From Nitrospirota bacterium (lineage in GTDB: Bacteria; Nitrospirota; Thermodesulfovibrionia; Thermodesulfovibrionales; Dissulfurispiraceae), in the NCBI GenBank assembly GCA_963710375.1, contig CAVPZX010000001.1:1-64000 (forward strand): a DNA stretch of 64,000 nt, in the 5' to 3' direction. The notes below the pieces were generated by a model, which saw only the letters and a program-made list of their open reading frames with translations, made no database searches and was not told the DNA's origin. The position numbers were made by a program, and so were the translations under genes. Below, one piece after another: positions 11,841 through 20,231 of this stretch (the stretch's first letter is position 1; each line of letters starts with the position of its first letter).

Positions 11841-13715
11841 TTGGCACTTAATCGTAAAAACGGGGAAAAGCTCGGCATCTTGATCGTAGGGGCACTCGGA
11901 GTTGTGTTCGGCGATCTTGGAACCAGTCCGCTATACGCTATGCGGGCCTGTTTTGTGGGAACCCACGCTATCGCGCCTTCAGCAGATAACGTATTGGGGA
12001 TCGCTTCTCTTTTTTTCTGGGCACTGGCACTGGTCGTAAGCATTAAATATTGCATGTTTATTCTGCGCGCCGACGATGACGGAGAAGGCGGCATTTTTGC
12101 CATGATGTCGCTATTGCATGGAAAAATGGGCGCCAAGCTGAGCTGGCATCTCATTCTGTTCATGTGTTTCGGCTCTGCGCTGCTTTATGGCGATGGACTA
12201 ATTACTCCTGTTATATCAGTAATGTCTGCCCTCGAAGGATTAGAAGTGGCGACAACGAAGGCGAAGCCGTTTGTCCTGCCAATAACCTGTCTTGTGCTTT
12301 TTTTGCTTTTCCTGCTGCAAAGCCATGGCTCAGGACGTATCGGAAAATTTTTCGGACCCATAATTTTCCTATGGTTTGTTGTTATCGGAGCATTGGGAAT
12401 CAATGCGATCCTGGCGAGGCCCCAAGTTCTCGCGGCTGTCAATCCCGAGTACGCGGTCCGGTTTTTTTCAGTCAATGGTTGGCGCGGGTGCTTCATTCTC
12501 GGAGCGGTTGTGCTTTGTATAACCGGATGTGAAGCCCTGTACCTGGACATGGGCCATTTTGGGAGCAAGGCAATCCGTATTTCGTGGTATTGTCTGGCAC
12601 TGCCTGCCCTGCTGTGCAATTATTTCGGACAGGCCGCATTGATCATCGCTGATCCCGGACAGATCCAGGACCCATTTTATGGTCTCGTGCCAAGGTGCCT
12701 GCTTTACCCTATGGTGGCCTTGGCCACGGTGGCAACGATTGTTGCATCTCAGGCAATTATCTCCGGAGTTTTTTCGATGACACGGCAAGCCATGCAGCTC
12801 GGCTATATACCACGCATGCGAATCCTGCATACATCAGAAATGGCCGAAGGGCAGATTTATCTTCCCACGATAAATTTCATGATGCTTATTGCTGCTATTG
12901 CGTTAGCGTTAACTTTCAGACAATCCGAGAACCTTGCGGATGCTTATGGAATGGCGGTAACCGGCGACATGTTCATCACATCCACTATTTTTTTTATTAT
13001 CAGCCGCAAAATCTGGGGATGGGGCTTATGGAAAGCCCTGCCGCTGGCAATGGTTTTTTGGGTGATCGACGGATCTTTTCTGTCCACCTGTTTACTTAAA
13101 TTCCTGACCGGCGGTTGGATCCCTGTTGCGACCGCCCTTTTCGTGATGTTGGTCATGATAACATGGCGCGACGGTTGGGATACCCTGGCTGAAAAGATAT
13201 ACGCTATGCAAATGCGTATAGATAGCTTCATCCAGCTTATCTCCGATTGCAATTGTCTGCGTCTTCCGGGAACGGCCGTCTTCCTCTCTACCTTTCAAAC
13301 AGAGGTGCCTCCGATGCTCCAATACCACCTGAATCATATCGGCGCACTGCACGAAAGGGTCCTGATCCTGTCCATTCTCACCAGCGATGTGCCGGAGGTC
13401 CCTGACAGGGAAAAGCTCGATATCCGTAATCTTGGCCAGGGAGTATACCGCGTCACCGCTAATACGGGATTCATGGAGACCCCTGATGTTCCGGCAATGC
13501 TCGCTTTGGCCAAGGGCAAAATCCCGGATATTGACCCATCGAGCACAGTATATTATCTTGGGAGAATGTCTCTTGTACCTGCCAAAACAAGAGTAATGGA
13601 CCCTGTGCGAAGGTTCTTATTTTTCTTTATGCAGCGAAATGCTCTGAGTCCGGTGGTCTATTACGGCATACCTCCGGACCGGGTCCTGGAATTGGGCGTG
13701 CAGCTCGAATTTTAG
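11841..13715 (+). CDS. kup: KUP/HAK/KT potassium transporter
   Basis: GALGVVFGDLGTSPLYA, DDDGEGGIFA, YGDGLITPVISV, ITGCEALYLDMGHFG, GQIYLP. Confidence 0.97.
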   Translation: MALNRKNGEKLGILIVGALGVVFGDLGTSPLYAMRACFVGTHAIAPSADNVLGIASLFFWALALVVSIKYCMFILRADDDGEGGIFAMMSLLHGKMGAKLSWHLILFMCFGSALLYGDGLITPVISVMSALEGLEVATTKAKPFVLPITCLVLFLLFLLQSHGSGRIGKFFGPIIFLWFVVIGALGINAILARPQVLAAVNPEYAVRFFSVNGWRGCFILGAVVLCITGCEALYLDMGHFGSKAIRISWYCLALPALLCNYFGQAALIIADPGQIQDPFYGLVPRCLLYPMVALATVATIVASQAIISGVFSMTRQAMQLGYIPRMRILHTSEMAEGQIYLPTINFMMLIAAIALALTFRQSENLADAYGMAVTGDMFITSTIFFIISRKIWGWGLWKALPLAMVFWVIDGSFLSTCLLKFLTGGWIPVATALFVMLVMITWRDGWDTLAEKIYAMQMRIDSFIQLISDCNCLRLPGTAVFLSTFQTEVPPMLQYHLNHIGALHERVLILSILTSDVPEVPDREKLDIRNLGQGVYRVTANTGFMETPDVPAMLALAKGKIPDIDPSSTVYYLGRMSLVPAKTRVMDPVRRFLFFFMQRNALSPVVYYGIPPDRVLELGVQLEF

Positions 13716-13721
13716 AAGGTC

Positions 13722-13883
13722 GTGGGCCAGTTTGTTTTTGCTCTGTATCAATTAGCCGTTCAATTCAATCACCGGCCTGTATTGAGCATTATCTGTGGTC
13801 GCCACTTCTATACATGCGGGCTCGGCGTTACTCGCCCACTACTGATAACCCAGGTGATACAGAGCAAAAACAAACTGGCCCAC
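13722..13883. mobile_element. 162-bp MITE-like element, copy 2, inverted relative to copy 1
   Basis: Identical TIRs; 7 internal substitutions versus copy 1 (manual alignment). Confidence 0.8.
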
Positions 13884-13938
13884 GACCTTCTAAAAAGTTC
13901 CCTTGTAATATCTTTTACGGTATGTGAGTATAGAAGAT

Positions 13939-14814
13939 ATGCAGACTCATCTTGAAATTGGCAGATTCAACGAGTTGAAAATAAAAAAGGAGACAACTAT
14001 CGGGGTCTATCTCGATTCCGATGCCGGCGAGGTTCTTATGCCCCGCAAGTATGTTCCTCAGGAAGCCCGTGCAGGCGACAGCATACGTGTATTCGCCTAC
14101 AGGGATTCCGAAGACAGGCTGATTGCAACAACACTTATACCGGCCGCTGTTGTGGGTGAATTCGCTTATCTGAAGGTAGTCGCAATAAGCAGGGCCGGAG
14201 CGTTTCTGGATTGGGGGGTTCAAAAAGATCTGCTCGTGCCGTATAGTGAGCAAGCCGCAAAGATGGAAGTCGGTAAAAAATATATTGTCAGGATATTTCT
14301 CGATGAGCGGACTCAGAGGATAACAGCAACGACAAGGATCAGCAGATTTATAGAAAAGGAAAATGTTGACCTTCGTGAGGGTGAAACCGTTGCTTTGCTT
14401 GCATACAGGATCGCTGACCTTGGAATAAAGGTAATTGTTAACGACAGATACTTCGGCATGCTTTATAAAAACGAGGTATTTGAAAAGATGCATATCGGCG
14501 ATAAAGCCGAAGGATATGTGAAGAGGATACGGCCGGACGGTAAAATAGATGTCGTGCTCGGCACAGCCGGGCCGGCAGACATTGAGCAGGCCAAGGTTGT
14601 GATTCTAAAGGCGCTGAAGGAACATAAGGGTTTCCTTCCGCTGGGAGACCACTCTGCGCCGGAACATATACGTGAGATCGTGCATATGAGCAAAAAAACA
14701 TTTAAGAAAGCCGTAGGCGGTCTTTACAAGAAAGAGCTTATAGAGATCAAAGAGGACGGGATTAAGCTGAAAAGGGTGGACAAGGCCAAGACCCTTCATC
14801 TTTACAAGTTTTAG
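13939..14814 (+). CDS. CvfB/YitL-family S1 RNA-binding protein
   Basis: IGRFNELKI, RVFAYRDSEDRLIATT, GAFLDWGVQKDLLVP and C-terminal winged helix MSKKTFKKAVGGLYK. Confidence 0.9.
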   Translation: MQTHLEIGRFNELKIKKETTIGVYLDSDAGEVLMPRKYVPQEARAGDSIRVFAYRDSEDRLIATTLIPAAVVGEFAYLKVVAISRAGAFLDWGVQKDLLVPYSEQAAKMEVGKKYIVRIFLDERTQRITATTRISRFIEKENVDLREGETVALLAYRIADLGIKVIVNDRYFGMLYKNEVFEKMHIGDKAEGYVKRIRPDGKIDVVLGTAGPADIEQAKVVILKALKEHKGFLPLGDHSAPEHIREIVHMSKKTFKKAVGGLYKKELIEIKEDGIKLKRVDKAKTLHLYKF

Positions 14815-14826
14815 GGTAATGATATT

Positions 14827-15588
14827 ATGATTGCAATCTCTCTTCAATCCGGCAGCAACGGCAATTGCATTTATGTGGAGGCCGGCGGCGTTAAACTTTT
14901 GTTTGACGCCGGGATATGCGGCTCTGATGCAGAACGCAGACTCGCCCTGTACGGCCGCGATATCAGGGAAATCGATGCGGTTATCATATCGCACGACCAC
15001 GCTGACCATGTCCGTTTCGCCGGCGTCTATCAGAGGAAATACAAGCTGCCTGTATATATGACCCCGCGAACGCTGGACGTAGCGCGGGAGAGACACAGGC
15101 TCGGACGGCTTGACAATGTGCACCTATTTTTTTCAGGCGGGACCCTTAATTTCGGGGGAGTATCTATCCGGACAATATCTACACCGCATGACGGCGTGGA
15201 CGGTTCTGTCTTTGTGGTCGCTTGCGGCCAAACACGCCTGGGTATACTTACCGATCTCGGGTATGCCTTTGAAGAACTGCCTGCCATTATCTCATCTCTT
15301 GATGCTGTGTTTATCGAAAGTAATTATGATCCCCGTATGCTTGCCCGCGGTCCGTATCCTGAATTTTTAAAGCGCCGGATACTGGGCCCTGGAGGTCACC
15401 TGTCAAACCATGAAGCCGCTCAGCTGCTCAGATCAGGCGGGCGGCTGAAATGGGCGTGCCTTGCCCATCTTTCGGAGCATAATAATAATCCGCACCTGGC
15501 CTTGCAGACGCACCGCGATATTCTGAATAACGGTCTAATGCTTTATATTGCGGGCCGCTATACGGCAACGGGTATCTTGACTGTTTGA
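14827..15588 (+). CDS. MBL-fold metallo-hydrolase (YycJ/WalJ-like)
   Basis: SGSNGN, SHDHADH, TPHD, TDLG, ESNYD, GHLSN, LAHLSEHNN. Confidence 0.9.
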   Translation: MIAISLQSGSNGNCIYVEAGGVKLLFDAGICGSDAERRLALYGRDIREIDAVIISHDHADHVRFAGVYQRKYKLPVYMTPRTLDVARERHRLGRLDNVHLFFSGGTLNFGGVSIRTISTPHDGVDGSVFVVACGQTRLGILTDLGYAFEELPAIISSLDAVFIESNYDPRMLARGPYPEFLKRRILGPGGHLSNHEAAQLLRSGGRLKWACLAHLSEHNNNPHLALQTHRDILNNGLMLYIAGRYTATGILTV

Positions 15589-15668
15589 CGGCAAGTAGAT
15601 AGCCGCAGCCCCGTTTTGTTAGTATAAGGACAGCTTAAAATCTATTTGATGGAGGCTTTATAAAGGGA

Positions 15669-16697
15669 ATGAATCTTCATTTTTCGATGAGCAACGGTCC
15701 TGTAGATGCAGCCATCGGCCAACTGCTGGAGCTGGTGTCTGTTAACCATCCGGAACTGGTGCGCGAGATGATCATCGCTGCGCTTAAAGCCGGACAGGAA
15801 GATGATATAAGGGCAGACCTGAAACTGATGAATACCACGCTCAAAGAGATGCGTTTTACCTCAAAGGTATTCGGCCCTTACCGCGGCGTTAGAAAGGTGA
15901 CTGTTTTCGGGTCGGCGCGGACCGGGCAGGTCGAGCCGGTATACCGCCTGGCACAGCTTTTCGGGAAAAAGCTCGCGGAAAGCGGGTATATGGTAATCAC
16001 CGGCGGGGGCGGGGGCATAATGCAGGCAGTCAACGAGGGGGCCGGTCCTGACAAGTCGTTCGGCGTAAATATACGCCTTCCGTTTGAACAAAAAAGCAAC
16101 CCAACACTTGATGGCAACCCCCGGCTTATTACGTACAAGTATTTTTTTAACCGGAAGGTCGCATTCCTGAAGGAATCCGACGCAGTTGCACTCTTCCCCG
16201 GAGGGTTTGGGACCCTCGATGAGGCGATGGAGACGCTTACCCTTATTCAGACTGGAAAGCGTAATCCCATGCCGCTTGTTCTCATTGATGAGCCTGACGG
16301 CACGTATTGGTCGCAGTGGCAGAAGTTTCTCGAAGATGAATTGCTGGCGCAAGGATATCTGAGCCGGTCCGATTTTTATCTTTTTGAACGGGTAAATTCC
16401 GTTGATAATGCGGTTGAATGCATAAACAAGTTTTACCGCCGCTATCATAGCCAGCGTTATGTTGACAAAAAATTGGTAATCAGGATGACCTCTGAACTGA
16501 GTCCTCAGGCGGTTGTAGAACTAAAGGGGAGCTTTGCCGATTTATTGACATGTGGGGGCGATATATGTGCCTCATGCGCTCTCCCTGAAGAGGCTGACGA
16601 GGAGCAGCTTGCAGATATGCCAAGGCTTGTTGTTGATTTTAACCGAAGAGACTTTGGCAGGCTTAGAAAGCTTATCGATGCTATCAATGGCTATTAA
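15669..16697 (+). CDS. LOG-family (lysine-decarboxylase-like) nucleotide phosphoribohydrolase, long form
   Basis: VTVFGSAR, ITGGGGGIM, KYFFNRK, FPGGFGTLDE. Confidence 0.9.
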   Translation: MNLHFSMSNGPVDAAIGQLLELVSVNHPELVREMIIAALKAGQEDDIRADLKLMNTTLKEMRFTSKVFGPYRGVRKVTVFGSARTGQVEPVYRLAQLFGKKLAESGYMVITGGGGGIMQAVNEGAGPDKSFGVNIRLPFEQKSNPTLDGNPRLITYKYFFNRKVAFLKESDAVALFPGGFGTLDEAMETLTLIQTGKRNPMPLVLIDEPDGTYWSQWQKFLEDELLAQGYLSRSDFYLFERVNSVDNAVECINKFYRRYHSQRYVDKKLVIRMTSELSPQAVVELKGSFADLLTCGGDICASCALPEEADEEQLADMPRLVVDFNRRDFGRLRKLIDAINGY

Positions 16698-17010
16698 TCC
16701 CGAGTGGGAGGAAGCGATTAAAGAGCTTATCGCCCGCTACGGTCTCGATGAGGACTCTGAGAACGTAATTATTACCTATTACGATCAGAGCGGCCATGCT
16801 AAACGCTGCTATATTCTGAAGCGACCGTTTATCAGGATTGTGTATCCTGACAGGCATTATGTTGATTACCCGCTGGAGGATGTCATAGAGGCGACTGTGC
16901 GATTCCCTGAGATCCTTCTGAGCGAAGCGCTACGACTGGTATATAACGAACGCGGTGTCCATGAAAATGAACCGGAAGATAATGAAAGAAAGGAGTTCTC
17001 CGAACAATGA
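16687..17010 (+). CDS. Hypothetical protein
   Basis: 107-aa ORF overlapping both the LOG stop and the Rne/Rng start. Confidence 0.7.
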   Translation: MAINPEWEEAIKELIARYGLDEDSENVIITYYDQSGHAKRCYILKRPFIRIVYPDRHYVDYPLEDVIEATVRFPEILLSEALRLVYNERGVHENEPEDNERKEFSEQ

Positions 17011-18518
17011 TGAAAAAGAAAATATTGATAAACGCACTGCATCCTGAAGAGAAAAGAGTTGCAATCGTTGAGGGCGATACCCTTGTGGATTTTTATGTTG
17101 AATTTTCTTCCAAAGAGCATCTTAAAGGCAATATCTATAAGGGGGTCATCAGCCGCATAGAACCCGGTCTTCAAGCGGTTTTTGTGGACTTTGGGTCTAA
17201 GAAACAGGGCTTCCTTCAACTGCGGGAGATACAGTCTCAATATTTCCAGAACAAAAAAGAAGGGAAGCGGGTGAGGGTGCAGGACGTTTTATCAAAGGGG
17301 CAGGAAGTTGTGGTACAAGTGGAGAAAGACGAACGTGACACCAAAGGGGCCAGTTTGACTACCTTTATATCAATTCCAGGCAGGTACATTGTGATGATGC
17401 CGGGGCAGAAAAGGGTGGGCATCTCGAGAAAAATAGAAGACAGAGAGGACAGGGACCGGCTTAAGGAGATGTTCAGTTCGCTTAAGCTTCCGTCAGACAT
17501 GGGTTTTATACTAAGGACCGCGTGCAGTGACATATCAAGCGATGAGCTTTCCAATGACCTGAAATACCTTACCAGGCTTTGGGACAGGATCAAGACCGAA
17601 TCGGAACAGGCTTCTGCGCCTGCGCTTATATATAAAGAGCAGGACATCGCCGTACGGACGGTCAGGGACTATCTGACTTCCGATGTTGCCGAAGTGCTTA
17701 TAGATGACGCGGAGGCGCACCGGAAAACTAAAGACTTTTTGAGAAGGACAGTGCCTTGGCGTAAAATCAATATTAAGTTCTATAGGGAAAAGCGGCCTAT
17801 TTTCGCCAATCATATGATCGAGGAGCAGATTGCGAAAATCAATGACAGATACGTAAAACTCCCCTCGCATGGATACATCGTATTTGATAAAACCGAGGCG
17901 CTTACTGCAATCGACGTCAATTCAGGCAGAAGCAGGAAAGAAGATAATATAGAAGCGACGGCATTGAAGACGAACCTTGAAGCTGCACAGGAAATTGCCC
18001 GGCAGCTTCGCCTGCGTGATATAGGGGGTTTAGTTGTTATCGATTTTATTGATATGGCATCAGCAAAAAACAGGCGGGAAGTGGAGCAGAATTTACAAAG
18101 CGCCTTAAACTCCGACAAGGCGCATTTTGATATAACCGGAATATCACGCTTCGGCATTGTGGAAATGACAAGGGAACGGCTTCGTTCCGCATACCTCGAC
18201 ACTATGCATACAGCTTGCGCCACGTGCTCCGGCGCCGGCATAGTAAGGTCGGATATGGCTGTTGCGATTGCGGCGCTAAGAGAGATGCACACCAGGGCAT
18301 CTTCCGGGGGCATAAAAAGTGTAACCTGCCGCCTTCCTGTTGAGAGTTTAAATTACCTTATGAATACGAAACGCAAGAGTATTTTCGATCTTGAGAAGTC
18401 GTTTCATATAACAATAAACGTGATTGCCGACGTAAAGCTTTCCGGAGGCCAATATTCTGTAGAGGTGGAAAAAAAGGAACCTCATGAAGAAAAGGAACCA
18501 GCGGCGGAAGGCGAGTAA
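17007..18518 (+). CDS. Rne/Rng-family ribonuclease
   Basis: GNIYKG, AVFVDFG, VQVEKD, AIDVNSG, RQLRLRDIGGLVVIDFIDM and Zn-link CATCSG. Confidence 0.95.
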   Translation: MMKKKILINALHPEEKRVAIVEGDTLVDFYVEFSSKEHLKGNIYKGVISRIEPGLQAVFVDFGSKKQGFLQLREIQSQYFQNKKEGKRVRVQDVLSKGQEVVVQVEKDERDTKGASLTTFISIPGRYIVMMPGQKRVGISRKIEDREDRDRLKEMFSSLKLPSDMGFILRTACSDISSDELSNDLKYLTRLWDRIKTESEQASAPALIYKEQDIAVRTVRDYLTSDVAEVLIDDAEAHRKTKDFLRRTVPWRKINIKFYREKRPIFANHMIEEQIAKINDRYVKLPSHGYIVFDKTEALTAIDVNSGRSRKEDNIEATALKTNLEAAQEIARQLRLRDIGGLVVIDFIDMASAKNRREVEQNLQSALNSDKAHFDITGISRFGIVEMTRERLRSAYLDTMHTACATCSGAGIVRSDMAVAIAALREMHTRASSGGIKSVTCRLPVESLNYLMNTKRKSIFDLEKSFHITINVIADVKLSGGQYSVEVEKKEPHEEKEPAAEGE

Positions 18519-18521
18519 TGT

Positions 18522-18968
18522 TTATCGGTTAATAGTCGTTTCGATCCATTCCCTCATCTGGGGCTCCGGATAAGCACCATGGAGTTCATCTATGAGCTTG
18601 CCGTTCCGGTACACAAGAAGCGAAGGCGTGGACCTGATTTGAAACTGGTTGGCAATAGAAAGTTCTCTTGCGATATTGACTCTAACTATTTTTATAAGCC
18701 CTGCTTTTTTGTATGCCAGACTCTCCAGAAGGGGCTGAATCATAGCGCAAGCGCCGCACTGGGGAGACCAGAATTCTACAATTACGACTCCTGCCCATTC
18801 AAACACTTCACGTCCGAAACTCTCCGCGGTCGCATCGACGGGCCTTGCGGGAAATTCCAGGAAGCTTTTGCACTTTCCGCAGCGCGGCCGGTCCATCAAC
18901 CTTTCTGAGGGAATATGGTTGAGAGCTCTGCACTTCCCGCATCTTAGATATACCGAATCCGTCTTCAT
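18522..18968 (-). CDS. Thioredoxin 2 (TrxC)-like protein with N-terminal Zn finger
   Basis: CGKC..CGKC zinc motifs, EFWSPQCGAC active site and IRSTP cis-Pro. Confidence 0.85.
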   Translation of the reverse strand: MKTDSVYLRCGKCRALNHIPSERLMDRPRCGKCKSFLEFPARPVDATAESFGREVFEWAGVVIVEFWSPQCGACAMIQPLLESLAYKKAGLIKIVRVNIARELSIANQFQIRSTPSLLVYRNGKLIDELHGAYPEPQMREWIETTINR

Positions 18969-19078
18969 TTCTTAACTCCCAATACTCTAACTTCACTTTA
19001 CCGCAAAAAAATGCGGATCGCAAGCTCTCAGGCTTCATGTCAGGCGCCTCAATTCCACCATGATACTTTACCTAACTT

Positions 19079-19107
19079 TTGACAAGCGGGCCATTTTGTG
19101 ATATAAG
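19079..19107 (+). promoter_or_regulatory. Sigma70-type promoter
   Basis: TTGACA-17 bp-TATAAG upstream of the dienelactone hydrolase gene. Confidence 0.65.
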
Positions 19108-19196
19108 GTATGCATGTTGCCAGCAGAGGGACAATCAATATTAGACGGGGCCATAAGGGCCGCATAATTCATAGTGTCCTTTAAATGGAGGTTTGT

Positions 19197-20129
19197 ATGA
19201 TTCCATTCATGACCCCTGGTGTGGGCCGTGTGGAGGTGGCACGGACCGAGATTAGTTCGTTCCAGTCAGTAACGCTCACCGATAAACAATTTCTCATGGG
19301 AGAAGAGGATGTCAAGCCCGTTACTTTGGCGGGCGAGCTTCGCTTGCCCACCCCAGGTTATGAACAACTGCCGGTATTCATATTGTTGCACGGATCAGGA
19401 GGAATAAATGGATACGTCACCGATTGGGAACAGGATCTCAATGCGATGGGTGTGGCCACGTTCGTCATCGACAGTTTTACGGGGCGAGGCATCTATAATA
19501 CCATTTTCGATCAATCACAGCTCGGCCAACTTGCGATGATCGTTGATGCCTATCGCGCGCTCGCCCTGCTTGCCAAGCATCCTCGAGTTGACCCGGCACG
19601 GATAGCTGTCATGGGCTTTTCAAAGGGTGGCCAGGCAGCCCTATACTCGAGCCTAAAGCGCTTTCAGCGTATGCATGGTCCAACCAACTTAGAGTTTGCC
19701 GCGTACATCCTGTTCTATCCGGTCTGCAGCACAACCTATCGTGATGACGAAGACGTGTCTGACAAGCCGATCAGGATCTTTCATGGCGCTGCGGACGACT
19801 GGGTTCCGGTAGCACCGTGTCGTGCTTACGTGGAGCGGCTGAAAGCGAAAGGCAAGGATGTGCAACTGACAGAATACACAGGGGCTTTTCACATGTTCGA
19901 TTGGAAAGCTCTAACTACTCCGGTGAAGTTTGAGAAGGCGGCATCGCTGAGGCAATGCCAGCTTGCAGAGGCAGAGGACGGGATTATCATCAATGCCAAT
20001 ACCAAGGAACCCTTCACACGGGCTGATCCGTGCGTACAATACGGGGTGACGTTAGCTTATAATGAAAAGGCGGCCAACGAGTCCAGAAAAGCGGTCAAGG
20101 AATTCGTCACCACCACACTCAAGCCTTAA
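19197..20129 (+). CDS. Dienelactone hydrolase-family alpha/beta hydrolase
   Basis: LLHGSGG, MGFSKGG nucleophile elbow, HGAADDW, GAFHMFD; GGAGG RBS before ATG 19197. Confidence 0.85.
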   Translation: MIPFMTPGVGRVEVARTEISSFQSVTLTDKQFLMGEEDVKPVTLAGELRLPTPGYEQLPVFILLHGSGGINGYVTDWEQDLNAMGVATFVIDSFTGRGIYNTIFDQSQLGQLAMIVDAYRALALLAKHPRVDPARIAVMGFSKGGQAALYSSLKRFQRMHGPTNLEFAAYILFYPVCSTTYRDDEDVSDKPIRIFHGAADDWVPVAPCRAYVERLKAKGKDVQLTEYTGAFHMFDWKALTTPVKFEKAASLRQCQLAEAEDGIIINANTKEPFTRADPCVQYGVTLAYNEKAANESRKAVKEFVTTTLKP

Positions 20130-20231
20130 AGATAGATGCGTGAGCCAAGCCTGACAGCGGCCTCGGCCGGACGCTGCTTGTAGCATTTCGATCGAGTTAG
20201 GCTTTATACTGCTGTTACTGCAATGGGGTTT

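Noticed and set aside
11532..13955. ORFs 11532..11759(-) and 13722..13955(+) as duplicated small proteins
   Set aside because: They are translations of the MITE-like element, with no transposase motifs.
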